Origin: Rhodospirillales bacterium
GTDB taxonomy: Bacteria; Pseudomonadota; Alphaproteobacteria; Rhodospirillales; Magnetospirillaceae
Length of the DNA: 57,879 bases
Assembly (NCBI GenBank): GCA_015654615.1
Contig: JAATGN010000167.1
Span: 1-57,879, forward strand
Direction: 5' to 3'
Shown here: one piece after another, positions 1 through 11,648 of the stretch
Numbering within the stretch: position 1 is the first letter of the stretch
Layout: each line of letters starts with the position of its first letter
The notes under the pieces: generated by a model
Database searches by the model: none
Told to the model about the DNA's origin: nothing
The model's input: only the letters and a program-made list of their open reading frames with translations
Translations under genes and position numbers: made by a program

Positions 1-80
1 GCCGGTGGAGAAAAAACTCCGCCGCGCAAGCGGCGGACACCGGCAGAGACGCCGGTGCCACTTTTCCTTATTCTTCCAGG
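1..80. repeat. REP/REPIN-like palindromic element, truncated by the window edge; inverted copy of the element at 2025-2119
   Basis: gccggtggag..ctccgccgcgcaagcggcggacaccggcagagacgccggtgccacttttcc aligns with the reverse complement of 2025-2105. Confidence 0.8.
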
Positions 81-117
81 ACGGGTCGGCCGCCGGCCGG
101 TGCGGAACGCGCCATGA

Positions 118-144
118 CGCGGTTATTCCTTAACGGGCACTAAG
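118..144. mobile_element. Isolated terminal-inverted-repeat end related to the element at 33561-35692
   Basis: cttaacgggcactaa (15 bp) is identical to 35681-35695, and similarity extends inward (gcggttattcc vs gcgattaactc). Confidence 0.55.
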
Positions 145-148
145 GGTT

Positions 149-1018
149 ATGGAGACACCGATGGACCAGCCTTCCGGCCCGTTGAAACGGCTGCTGATCT
201 GCGCCGACGACTATGCCATCTCACCGGCGGTCAGCGCCGGAATCCGCGAATTGGCGGCGGTCGGGCGGCTGTCGGCCACCGGCGTCATGACCTGCATGCC
301 GGCCTGGCCGGCCGAGGCTCCGGCCCTGCGGCGGCTGGGCGGGGCGGTGGCGGTCGGATGGCATGCGACCCTGACCGATCAGCGTCCTCTCGGTCCGCTG
401 CCGCGCCTGGCGCCCGAGGGCCGCTTTCCCGGGGTTGCCGCGCTGTTCAGGCTTTGCTTTTCGGGACGCTTGCCGACGGCGGAGGTGGCGGCGGAACTGG
501 AGCGGCAGCTCGACGCCTTCGAGGCGCATTTCGGCCGGCCGCCCGACTTCGTCGACGGCCATCAGCATGTGCATCTGCTGCCCGGCATCCGCCAGGCGGT
601 CCTGGCGCTTTTCGAAAGGCGCCTGGACGCCCGCCGCGTCTGGCTGCGCGACTGCACGGATCGGCCGCTTTCCCTGCTGAGGCGCGGCGGCGCCTTCAAG
701 GCGGCGGTCATCGCCGGCATCGGCCGGCCCCTGGCCAAGGCCGCCCGGGACAGGGCCATCGCCATGAACCATGGCTTTTCAGGGTTCTACGACGGCCGGC
801 GCCAATCCCTGAACGATGTTCTGCCCCGGCTGCTGATCGGGGCGGAGGACGGCCATCTGCTGATGGTCCATCCGGGCCATGTCGACGACGCGCTGATCGC
901 CTGCGACAGTCTGACCGGTCCGCGCCAGACCGAGTGGGAGGCCCTGATGGCCGCCGGCCTGCCCGACCGGCTGGCCGCTCAGGGATTCGCCATCGCCCCC
1001 GGCGCCGCCCGGCCGTAG
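149..1018 (+). CDS. ChbG/HpnK (YdjC) family carbohydrate deacetylase
   Basis: ICADDY, GWHATLT, DGHQHVH and MVHPG motifs typical of YdjC. Confidence 0.85.
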   Translation: METPMDQPSGPLKRLLICADDYAISPAVSAGIRELAAVGRLSATGVMTCMPAWPAEAPALRRLGGAVAVGWHATLTDQRPLGPLPRLAPEGRFPGVAALFRLCFSGRLPTAEVAAELERQLDAFEAHFGRPPDFVDGHQHVHLLPGIRQAVLALFERRLDARRVWLRDCTDRPLSLLRRGGAFKAAVIAGIGRPLAKAARDRAIAMNHGFSGFYDGRRQSLNDVLPRLLIGAEDGHLLMVHPGHVDDALIACDSLTGPRQTEWEALMAAGLPDRLAAQGFAIAPGAARP

Positions 1019-1974
1019 GAAATCGCATACATCAGGTCGATATGCTCGCCGACGGACCGCGGCGGCAGCCTGGGCGGTTCGCCGGGCGCGCGGAAGGCGT
1101 CGAGGCAGGAGACTTCGGCGTCATAGTCCGGATCGATGAACAGGGGGGCCGAATAGCGGTGGCGACGCGGGTCGGCGTTGCGGACCCGGTGCGGATTGGA
1201 ATGATAGGCGCCGTTGGTCCAGACCGGCATCATGTCGCCGATATTGACCACATAGGCCCCCGGCAGCGGGTCGGCGTACAGCCATTCGCCGTTGGCGTCC
1301 TGGACCTCCAGGCCGCCGGTCTCGTCCTGAAGCAGCAGGGTGACGGCGCCCCAGTCGGTATGGGAACCGCAGCCGAGCTGGTTGTCGACCACGGCATTCG
1401 GCTGCGGCGGATAATGGATCAGCCGCAGCGTCGCCATCGGATCGGCCAGGATCGGCTCGAAATGATCCTCGGGCAAACCGGCGACGACGGCGAAGATGGA
1501 CATCAGGGTGCGGCCGGTCTCGAAGACCTGGGCGAAATACGCTTCGCAGAACGTCCGGAAGCCCGGCAGCTGCCGCTCGGTCGGCCATAGATTCGGGCCA
1601 TAGTTGGCCAGTCCCCGTTTGACGTGGGGGTGGTCGGCCGGCTGGTCGAGGCCGAGCAGCAGCGATTCCTTGATGTCGGGGGGCGCGGCGGCGTCGAGGC
1701 TCTGCAGGCCGAACGGCTCGTATCCGCGGCGGCGCCGGTCGACCAGCACGCTTCGCTTGACGGAATCGTCGAGCCCGAAGAAGCGGGCCGTCTGCTCCAG
1801 CATGCCCCGCATGGTGGCGGGCGCGATGCCATGGCCGGTCAGATAGAAGAAGCCGATCGTCCGGCAGATGCGATCGAATTCCCTGGCGACCGCCGCCTTG
1901 TCGCGGCCGTTCCGCCAGCCGGCGATATCCAGAACGGGGGTCAGGGCGCGCGTCGGCGTCCGATAGTCGACCAT
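979..1974 (-). CDS. Isopenicillin N synthase-like 2OG-Fe(II) dioxygenase
   Basis: PVLDI/GFFYL N-terminus, HTD...H iron triad and RYS motif; GGAGG RBS before the ATG at 1974. Confidence 0.88.
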   Translation of the reverse strand: MVDYRTPTRALTPVLDIAGWRNGRDKAAVAREFDRICRTIGFFYLTGHGIAPATMRGMLEQTARFFGLDDSVKRSVLVDRRRRGYEPFGLQSLDAAAPPDIKESLLLGLDQPADHPHVKRGLANYGPNLWPTERQLPGFRTFCEAYFAQVFETGRTLMSIFAVVAGLPEDHFEPILADPMATLRLIHYPPQPNAVVDNQLGCGSHTDWGAVTLLLQDETGGLEVQDANGEWLYADPLPGAYVVNIGDMMPVWTNGAYHSNPHRVRNADPRRHRYSAPLFIDPDYDAEVSCLDAFRAPGEPPRLPPRSVGEHIDLMYAISYGRAAPGAMANP

Positions 1975-2042
1975 GATGCTTTTCCTCCTCCATCGGCAGC
2001 ATTGCGGTTGAGCACTGACGGCGCCCCTGGATAAAAAGGAGA

Positions 2043-2119
2043 AGTGGCACCGGCGTCCCTGCCGGTGTCCGCCGCTTCGCGGCGGAGTCTTTTCCACCGG
2101 CAGGGACGCCGGTGCCACT
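2043..2119. repeat. REPIN-like doublet: perfect 25-bp inverted repeat enclosing a second hairpin
   Basis: agtggcaccggcgtccctgccggtg ... caccggcagggacgccggtgccact with internal tccgccgc-ttc-gcggcgga. Confidence 0.85.
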
Positions 2120-2169
2120 GACTCTTTTCTTCCTAGCCAAGGGCGAGTAATGACGGCTGTCTTTCGTCC

Positions 2170-3165
2170 TCAGGGCAGCGGCAGGTCCTTGGTATATTTC
2201 AGCGAATAAGCCCGTTTGTAGTCGACCGCGGCGGGCAGCAGACCGTTTTCCACCATGACGTCGTAGGTCTGCTTCCAGCGGGCGTCGGTCATGGCGCCGA
2301 TGCCCAATTTGGCGGCGTCGCCGCCGGTGACCAGGCCGAACGCCTTGATCTGCTTGACGCCGAAGGCCAGCTGTTCGTCGGTCATCTTGGGGTTGTCCTG
2401 TTTGATCAGGGCATTGCCGGGCGTCGGATCGGCCAGATAGCTCTTCCACCCCTCGGCCGAGGCCTTGACGAAGCGCGCCAGGGCGTCGGACTTGGCATCG
2501 ATGGTCTTCTGCAGGGTGACCACGGTGGTGGCATAGGGCGGATAACCGTCATCGGCCATCAGAAGCGAGGTCGGCGTCACCCCGCCTTGCATCATCGCGT
2601 AAGGTTCCGAGGTGACATATCCCTGCTGGGCGGTGGTCTTGTCGGCCAGGAAGGGGGCGACGCTGAAGGCATAGGGTTTCTTCTGGGAATCGCTGTAACC
2701 GTATTTCGCCTTCAGCCAGGGCCAGAAGGTGACGTCGGAGGCGCTGCCCAGATAGATGGTCTTGCCCTTCAGATCGGCATAGGTCTTGACGTCGGGATGC
2801 GCCAGAATCGCCTGCGGATCCTTCTGGAAAAAGCCGGCGATGGTCACCGCCGGGACGCCCTGTTCGACCGCTTTCAAGGTCTGGAAGTCGTAGCCCATCC
2901 ACAAATCGATCAATCCGCCGGCCAGCAACTGGATGCCGTTGATCTGGGGGCCGCCCATTTTGATCGTCACGTCGAGGCCGTATTTTTTGTAAATGCCGGT
3001 CGCCACGGCCTGATAGAAACCGCCATGCTCGGCCTCGGCGAACCAGTTGGTGCCGAGAACGAAGCTGTCCGCCGCCCGCGCCGGCGGCGGACAGGCGGCC
3101 AGGAGGGCGAGACCGGTCAGGGCCGGGGCGAGGCGACGTATCAACAAGCTCAAAGGATTGATCAT
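2170..3165 (-). CDS. ABC transporter substrate-binding protein, NMT1/THI5-like
   Basis: N-terminal signal peptide and NWFAEAEHGGFYQA motif. Confidence 0.85.
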   Translation of the reverse strand: MINPLSLLIRRLAPALTGLALLAACPPPARAADSFVLGTNWFAEAEHGGFYQAVATGIYKKYGLDVTIKMGGPQINGIQLLAGGLIDLWMGYDFQTLKAVEQGVPAVTIAGFFQKDPQAILAHPDVKTYADLKGKTIYLGSASDVTFWPWLKAKYGYSDSQKKPYAFSVAPFLADKTTAQQGYVTSEPYAMMQGGVTPTSLLMADDGYPPYATTVVTLQKTIDAKSDALARFVKASAEGWKSYLADPTPGNALIKQDNPKMTDEQLAFGVKQIKAFGLVTGGDAAKLGIGAMTDARWKQTYDVMVENGLLPAAVDYKRAYSLKYTKDLPLP

Positions 3166-3534
3166 CGTGCTGTCTCCATAGGCTGGACACAGCGGATTTC
3201 ATGCCCAGCTCTCCGTTTCATCAGCAGGTACCACCGAACAGACTCTTCAAGATTCTGTCAATCGGGCCGCGATGGGCGTCGACCGGAGCAATGTCCCGCG
3301 GATCGCCTTGGGCGAGCCGCTAACCGCTTCTACTCGAAAGCTGTTCAAGCAATGGCCGTGCCAAGGGGCGGCGGCCGGCTTTTTCCCGGTTCGCCCGGCG
3401 TCCCATCCGAGGGGCGGCGGGATTCTGATCATTTTTCAAGTTAGTATGATTAAAAACTATGCAGGAAGGCATAACGATCGACTTTGCCTTTCCCGGTTGA
3501 CGGAGGCCTCCAAAAGCTGTCAAACCCCGCCTCC

Positions 3535-5702
<2,168 letters not shown>

Positions 5703-5728
5703 CGGGGCCCGATCATGGGAGGTTCATC

Positions 5729-6193
5729 ATGGCTGAAACGATCTATGACAGTCTGACCCAGCTGGGCGGCCCGGCCGAGATCCCCGCCAATCCCGATCAG
5801 GCCGTGCTGGAGACGGTCCGCAACCCGCATCTCGGCACGCTTTATCTGGTCCGTTTCACGGTGCCGGAATTCACCTCGCTCTGCCCGATCACCGGCCAGC
5901 CCGATTTCGCCCATCTGGTCATCGACTATGTGCCGGACGAATTGCTGGTCGAAAGCAAGTCGCTGAAGCTGTTTCTGGTCAGCTTCCGCAATCACGGCGC
6001 CTTTCACGAAGACTGCACGGTGGGCATCGGCAAGCGTCTGGTCGACGCCTTGTCGCCCCTGTGGCTGCGCATCGGCGGCTATTGGTTCCCGCGGGGCGGC
6101 ATCCCGATCGACGTCTTCTGGCAGACCGCGGCGCCGCCCGACGGCCTGTGGCTGCCCGACCAGGGGGTGGCGCCCTATCGCGGCCGCGGATGA
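5729..6193 (+). CDS. queF: preQ0 reductase (unimodular QueF)
   Basis: [27 protein letters not shown] and PRGGIP; RBS ggagg before ATG 5729. Confidence 0.95.
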   Translation: MAETIYDSLTQLGGPAEIPANPDQAVLETVRNPHLGTLYLVRFTVPEFTSLCPITGQPDFAHLVIDYVPDELLVESKSLKLFLVSFRNHGAFHEDCTVGIGKRLVDALSPLWLRIGGYWFPRGGIPIDVFWQTAAPPDGLWLPDQGVAPYRGRG

Positions 6194-7290
6194 AGGAAGC
6201 CATTCGCGCCAAGGCACTCGAATTGGGTTTCGCCGAGGCGCGATTCGCCTCGGCGGCGCCGGTGCCGGGCGCCGCCGAAGGGCTGGCCGGCTATCTGGCG
6301 GCCGGATGCCATGGCGACATGGGATGGCTGGCCGAGACGGCGGAGCGCCGCGCCGCGCCGCGGGCGCTGTGGCCGGAAGCCAGAAGCGTCATCGTGCTGG
6401 GCGAAAACTATGGGCCGGGGGGCGATCCCCTGGCCGTTCTGCGCCATCCCGGTCGCGGCCATGTCAGCGTCTATGCGCGCGGCCGCGACTACCACGATGT
6501 CCTGAAGCGGCGCCTGAAGGCCTTGGCGCGCTGGCTGGTCGAGCGCCATGGCGCGGCGGTCAAGGTCTTCACCGACACGGCGCCGGTGATGGAAAAGCCC
6601 CTGGGCGCCGCGGCCGGCCTCGGATGGCAGGGACGCCACACCAATCTGGTGTCGCGTCGTTTCGGCTCATGGCTGTTCCTGGGCGAGATCTTCACCACCC
6701 TGGAACTGCCGCCCGATACGCCGGAGGCCGACCATTGCGGGCGCTGCCGGGCCTGCGAGACCGTCTGCCCGACCGGCGCGCTGGCCGAAGGGCGGATCGA
6801 TCCGCGCCGCTGCATTTCCTATCTGACCATCGAGCACAAGGGGCATATCCCGGCCGATCTGCGATCGTCGATGGGCAATCGGATCTATGGGTGCGACGAT
6901 TGCCTGGCGGTCTGTCCCTGGAACAAATTCGCCTCGCCGACGGAACACGCCGATTATCTGCCGCGGGCCGAACTGCTGGCGCCCCGGCTGGCCGACCTGG
7001 CGGCTCTCGACGACGCCGAATTCCGCGCCCTGTTCGCGGGATCGCCGATCAAGCGCATCGGACGCGACCGTCTGCTCCGCAACGTTCTGATCGCCATCGG
7101 AAACAGCGACGATCCCGCCCTGGCGCCGATCGTCGCGGGTCTGCTGAAAGATCCGGCGCCGGTGGTGCGCGTCGCCGCCATTTGGGCCTTGCGCCGGCTG
7201 TCGCCCCGGGCCGCCTTCGCCGCCCTGGCGGACCGTTTCATCCGGGATGAGGCCGATGCCGCGGCGCGGGCCGAATGGGCGGGGGACTGA
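6190..7290 (+). CDS. queG: Epoxyqueuosine reductase
   Basis: [36 protein letters not shown] and [12 protein letters not shown]; ATG overlaps the queF stop. Confidence 0.95.
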   Translation: MKEAIRAKALELGFAEARFASAAPVPGAAEGLAGYLAAGCHGDMGWLAETAERRAAPRALWPEARSVIVLGENYGPGGDPLAVLRHPGRGHVSVYARGRDYHDVLKRRLKALARWLVERHGAAVKVFTDTAPVMEKPLGAAAGLGWQGRHTNLVSRRFGSWLFLGEIFTTLELPPDTPEADHCGRCRACETVCPTGALAEGRIDPRRCISYLTIEHKGHIPADLRSSMGNRIYGCDDCLAVCPWNKFASPTEHADYLPRAELLAPRLADLAALDDAEFRALFAGSPIKRIGRDRLLRNVLIAIGNSDDPALAPIVAGLLKDPAPVVRVAAIWALRRLSPRAAFAALADRFIRDEADAAARAEWAGD

Positions 7291-7334
7291 AGGGACTCGG
7301 GACGGGACTTGCCTCGGCATGGTAATATTCCGCC

Positions 7335-7946
7335 ATGGCCAATCAGGCGGAACCATCGCGGGGGCGTCCGGCGCGGCGGCGCGAAATCGTCGATACCGCA
7401 CGGGACATCGCCGCCCGGCAGGGGTGGCCGGCGGTCACCGTGCGCGCCGTGGCGGCGCGCATCGGCTGCAGCGCGCCGGCCATCTATCAGTATTTTCGCG
7501 ATAAGGACGCGGTGCTGGCCGCCCTGGCGGCGGAAGGCCAGGACCTGCTGGCGGCGGCTCTCGACGAAGCGGCGGCGGATCTGTCCGGACCGGGCAAGAA
7601 ATTGCGCGCCATGCTGAGGGCGCTGTGGGCGTTTTCCTTGGCGAACCGGGAACTCTACGCCGTGATGTTCGGTCTCGACGGGCTGGCGCCGCATCGCAGG
7701 GCGGCGTCGCAAGGCATCGCGCCGCCCGGGTTCGTGCGGGCGGCGGCGGAATTTTTGGCGAAACACGATCTCGACGCGGACGGAAAGGACCTGGCCGACC
7801 GCTTGATCGCCACGGCGCACGGGTTCATCTGCCTGACGCTGCCGGGAGATTTTCCCGGCGGGAGCGACCGGGCGTTCGATCTGCTGTCGGGCGTCTTCGA
7901 CGCCCTGCTCAAGAACGTCGGGCGACGCTCGCCCAACGCCCGGTGA
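7335..7946 (+). CDS. TetR/AcrR family transcriptional regulator
   Basis: N-terminal HTH TVRAVAARIGCSAPAIYQYF. Confidence 0.9.
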   Translation: MANQAEPSRGRPARRREIVDTARDIAARQGWPAVTVRAVAARIGCSAPAIYQYFRDKDAVLAALAAEGQDLLAAALDEAAADLSGPGKKLRAMLRALWAFSLANRELYAVMFGLDGLAPHRRAASQGIAPPGFVRAAAEFLAKHDLDADGKDLADRLIATAHGFICLTLPGDFPGGSDRAFDLLSGVFDALLKNVGRRSPNAR

Positions 7947-8076
7947 AAACGGGCGCGTCTCCGTCTCGCACGGCGCGGCGGGGGCCGGCCGTCTCCAATC
8001 CGTCGAAGCCGGAATCGACTCTGAACCCCTCCGTCGCCCGATCGAGCGGCGGAGGGAATTGTCCTGGCCCGATTCG

Positions 8077-8484
8077 TTAGGCCGCCGTCGCCGCCGCTTC
8101 ACTCGCCAAGACCCGAGCCAGCTGGCTGAGGGCTTCTTGATGGCGCTCGTTGACGATGCAGGAAAAGTTCCGGGCCAATTCCAGACACATGCGCTGTCGT
8201 GACGTCAGATCGGAACCGCGCTGGGTTTCCAGACCTTCGAAAAAGTAACCGACGGGAATACCGAGTACCTGAGCGATTTCGTGGAGACGCCCCGCCGAAA
8301 TCCGGTTGATACCCCGCTCGTACTTATGGGCTTGTTGATAAGTGACGCCAATCAAATCAGCCATTTGTTGCTGGGAAAGTCCCAGCATGATCCGGCGTTC
8401 TCTGATGCGCGCACCAACAAAGCGGTCGGTGTCGTTCGCTCTATTTGGCGTCTTCGTCGGTTTCGTTTCGTCGTTTGTCGGCAT
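8077..8484 (-). CDS. XRE-family HTH transcriptional regulator (alphaproteobacterial type)
   Basis: VGARIRERRIMLGLSQQQMADLIGVTYQQAHKYERGINRI; start could be 8484 or 8517. Confidence 0.9.
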   Translation of the reverse strand: MPTNDETKPTKTPNRANDTDRFVGARIRERRIMLGLSQQQMADLIGVTYQQAHKYERGINRISAGRLHEIAQVLGIPVGYFFEGLETQRGSDLTSRQRMCLELARNFSCIVNERHQEALSQLARVLASEAAATAA

Positions 8485-9085
8485 GATCCTTGGCTTACTG
8501 TTGCTGTGCCCGAGCACTAAGGGCGTGAGAGTTTATTTTTCAAGAAGTGCTTCGACGTGATTATTCGGATTTCGCTCTGCAAGCAACCAATTATTTTTTG
8601 TTGCCCAATTGTTCTACGATAAATTTTATCTAAATATATAGGAAATTGCTCGGGTATCGCACTGCAACCAATGAGGTAACCCTCGGGTTACGGCTCTACC
8701 GTCCGTTTTCCACGCTGCGGAGGGTGGCGTAATGGCTTGGTTCGCGCCCCTCCCGCCGGGGGTTTCGACTCTCAAGGTATGCTACACCTGTTACAATTCA
8801 TCCCAAGGTTATTTCGCGATTCGCGCCTACCCAGGCATGCTATATACTAAAGGTATAATACGTCAGATATATATAAACGACAAGCTTCGTTCGGCGCGAG
8901 ACCGGACGATGACAATGGCGCGGACGAGCGGATCAACCGCTCGCCATGGCGACGGAACCTCTTCGAACGAACGGTATTGGGCCCTGGTCCCGGGTCGCGC
9001 CGGCGGCAAGGCGGACCCGAAAGCATGATCCGAGCGGATCGGACCATGCTTCCCGGCGGCCTTCGGGAGGACCTTCAAAGAAGGA

Positions 9086-9110
9086 GCGATCACCGGATGA
9101 GGGTGATCGC
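9086..9110. terminator. Hairpin just past the phaR stop, possible terminator
   Basis: gcgatcacc-ggatgag-ggtgatcgc; no clear U-tract. Confidence 0.4.
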
Positions 9111-9116
9111 GACAGG

Positions 9117-9689
9117 CTATTTCTTGAGCTTGGTCAGTTCATCCAACTGCTGCTGCATGGCGTTGAGGCGTCCCTGCAGTTCGGTGACGGCGGCTTCCGA
9201 AGGATGGACCCCGTCCGCCAGGCCGCCCGGCCCATTGTAGAAGGGGGCGAACATCTTGAAGGCGCTTTCGAACAATGCGGCGTTTTGCTTGTTCATTTCC
9301 TCGATGGGATTGAAGGGAAACAAGCCGCCCAAGGCGCTTTCCATATATTGGCGCATCTGCTGCTCGTTCCGCTGGAAGGCCTGCATGCTGTATTCGAGAT
9401 AGCGCGGAACCAATCCTCCCAACGAATCGCCGTAAAAGCCGATCAACTGACGAAGAAAGGGAATCGGCAGGAGATTCTGCCCGCCCTTGCCCTCTTCCTC
9501 GACGATGATCTGCGTCAGGACCGAGCGGGTGATGTCTTCGCCAGTCTTCGCGTCGTAAACGACGAAATCAGCATTGTCCTTCACCATCTGGCATAGGTGA
9601 TCCAGCGTCACATAGCTGCTTGTCGCCGTATTGTAGAGGCGGCGGTTGGCGTATTTTTTGATCGTGATTGGCGTGGCGGTGCTCGTCAT
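9117..9689 (-). CDS. phaR: Polyhydroxyalkanoate synthesis repressor
   Basis: IKKYANRRLYNT..SSYVTL and DAKTGEDITRSVLTQII. Confidence 0.95.
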   Translation of the reverse strand: MTSTATPITIKKYANRRLYNTATSSYVTLDHLCQMVKDNADFVVYDAKTGEDITRSVLTQIIVEEEGKGGQNLLPIPFLRQLIGFYGDSLGGLVPRYLEYSMQAFQRNEQQMRQYMESALGGLFPFNPIEEMNKQNAALFESAFKMFAPFYNGPGGLADGVHPSEAAVTELQGRLNAMQQQLDELTKLKK

Positions 9690-9878
9690 TGGAATGATTT
9701 TCCCTGCTTGCGACCCAATCGCACTTTAACAGATTTTTTCGAGATTATAATGCTTTGCGGCGATAAATTTTGGTCCGGCGAAAGGGCCCCCCACGGGCCG
9801 GCGGACACAATCCATGGTTCCTGAGGCCCCGCCGCCGGACGCTGGTCAATGCGCCCATCGCTGGCGTATAGTCTGCCC

Positions 9879-10301
9879 ATGACAGACGCGCCGGATATCG
9901 ACCAGCTCGCGCGACGCTATCTCGACCTTTGGCAGGACCAGACGGCGGCGTTGATGAACGACCCGGCCTTGGCCGAGGCGATCGGCCGGACCTACGGACT
10001 GATGAGCAAGGGGGCCGCGGCTTTTTTCGCCGCCGCCGGGTCGACGGGGAAGCACACTGAAGAGGGGGGCGCAGATCCTGCCGACGTCCGAGCCGCCACA
10101 CGCGCAAAGCCCGCCGCCCCGCCCGCAGACGCCCCGGCTGGGGCCGCGTCCCTTGCCGCTGCATCTGGCGTCCCAGGCTTCGGCGTTGCTGACCTCGCAA
10201 CTCGTCTTGCCACATTGGAGGAACGGGTCGTTCGCCTGGAAGCCGCACTTGCGGCACACGGCGGAAGACCTGAGGCATCAGCTCGAAAAGGTCGACGCTG
10301 A
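9879..10301 (+). CDS. Small hypothetical protein, possibly a PhaE-like partner of the synthase
   Basis: LARRYLDLWQDQ N-terminal helix and C-terminal coiled coil LATRLATLEERVVRLEAAL; overlaps phaC. Confidence 0.6.
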   Translation: MTDAPDIDQLARRYLDLWQDQTAALMNDPALAEAIGRTYGLMSKGAAAFFAAAGSTGKHTEEGGADPADVRAATRAKPAAPPADAPAGAASLAAASGVPGFGVADLATRLATLEERVVRLEAALAAHGGRPEASARKGRR

Positions 10302-11349
10302 CCTTTTCCGGCGTGCGCTGACGGCGGAGGGCTGTCGGCGCATCGAAGCCTTCCTGGCCGGCGTCGAGACCTATCGCCGGCATCCCTATCGCCGCGCCCT
10401 GGCCGAGCCTCCGGTGATCTGGCGGGAGGGCACGACCCGTCTGCTCGACTACAGCGCCCCCGGCGCCGCCGGAACGCCGGTTCTGGTGGTCCCTTCGCTG
10501 ATCAACCGGGCCTATGTCCTCGACCTGACGGAGAAGCGCAGCTTCGTGCGTTATCTGGCCGGCAAGGGATTCCGCCCCTTCCTGGTCGACTGGGATACGC
10601 CGGGGCCGCAAGAGGCGGACTTCGGCCTGGAGGACTATGTCGCCGGCCGGCTGGGGCGGATACTCGACGTGGTACTGGCGGCGGCGGCGCCCCCGGTGGT
10701 GGTCGGCTACTGCATGGGGGGCCTGCTGGCCCTGGGCCTCGGCGTGCTTCGGCAGGCCGACGTGCGGGGCCTGGGGCTGCTGGCGACGCCATGGGATTTT
10801 CACGCACCGTCGCCGCAGCAGTCCCGGATGCTGGCGGGACTGCGCCAGCCCTTCGAAGAGGCCATCGCCCTGTTCGGCGGGTTGCCGACCGACGTCCTGC
10901 AATCCCTGTTCGCCACCATCGAGCCGGGCGGCATCGTCCGCAAATTCATCGCCTTCGGCCAGCTGTCGGCCGGCGGGGCCAAGGCCCGGAATTTCGTCGC
11001 CCTGGAGGATTGGCTCAACGACGGCGTTCCCCTGGTCGCCGCCGTGGCGCGCGAATGCCTGTTCGACTGGTATGTCGACAATCGTCCCGGCCGGGGCGAA
11101 TGGCAACTGGCGGGCGCCCGCATCGTTCCGCAGGCCTTCACCAAGCCCTGCCTGGCGATGATTCCGGCCCATGACCGCATCGTGCCGCCGGAATCGGCCC
11201 TGGCGCTGGCCGGAGCGCTGCCCGGCGGACGTCATCATATGGTTTCGATGGGACATATCGGCATGGTGGCCGGAGCCCGGGCGAAGATGGATGTCTATGC
11301 CTATATCGCCCGGTGGCTCGTGCGTCTGAACCAGGGGCGGGGCCGGTAG
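10153..11349 (+). CDS. phaC: PHA synthase-like alpha/beta hydrolase (short, class III-like PhaC)
   Basis: PSLINRAYVLDL, lipase box GYCMGG, HDRIVPP Asp and GHIGM His; true start may be the CTG at 10078. Confidence 0.8.
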   Translation: MPLHLASQASALLTSQLVLPHWRNGSFAWKPHLRHTAEDLRHQLEKVDADLFRRALTAEGCRRIEAFLAGVETYRRHPYRRALAEPPVIWREGTTRLLDYSAPGAAGTPVLVVPSLINRAYVLDLTEKRSFVRYLAGKGFRPFLVDWDTPGPQEADFGLEDYVAGRLGRILDVVLAAAAPPVVVGYCMGGLLALGLGVLRQADVRGLGLLATPWDFHAPSPQQSRMLAGLRQPFEEAIALFGGLPTDVLQSLFATIEPGGIVRKFIAFGQLSAGGAKARNFVALEDWLNDGVPLVAAVARECLFDWYVDNRPGRGEWQLAGARIVPQAFTKPCLAMIPAHDRIVPPESALALAGALPGGRHHMVSMGHIGMVAGARAKMDVYAYIARWLVRLNQGRGR

Positions 11350-11648
11350 GACAATGACGGCGTCATTGCGCGTTCCGCCCCGGCTGTCGGCCGGTCCCGC
11401 TTTTCATGCGGGGCGGATCGGCCGCGCGCAAAACCCTTCGTTTTTTGTGCGGACGGCGCGGCTAAAGCGAAAGCCCAGACTTGAAGACTTTCCCGTTCAT
11501 ACAGATCTTAAAAGTAAGGGAGATGGAATTTTGCGTTTTCGCCTAAAACGTTTTTTCTATCTGTCTTTTTCTCGCTACGATTTATCGTGTTAGGCAATCT
11601 CCAATAACCGAACCGCTCGACGAAGGCGGAAGATCAAGGGAGTGAAAC

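Noticed and set aside
3400-3534. preQ1 riboswitch ahead of queA
   Set aside because: No AGAGGTTCTAG-like aptamer with an A-rich tail is recognisable
8506-8525. gtgcccgagcactaaggg resembling the transposon end
   Set aside because: Only a short partial match with no partner end or target duplication; probably chance
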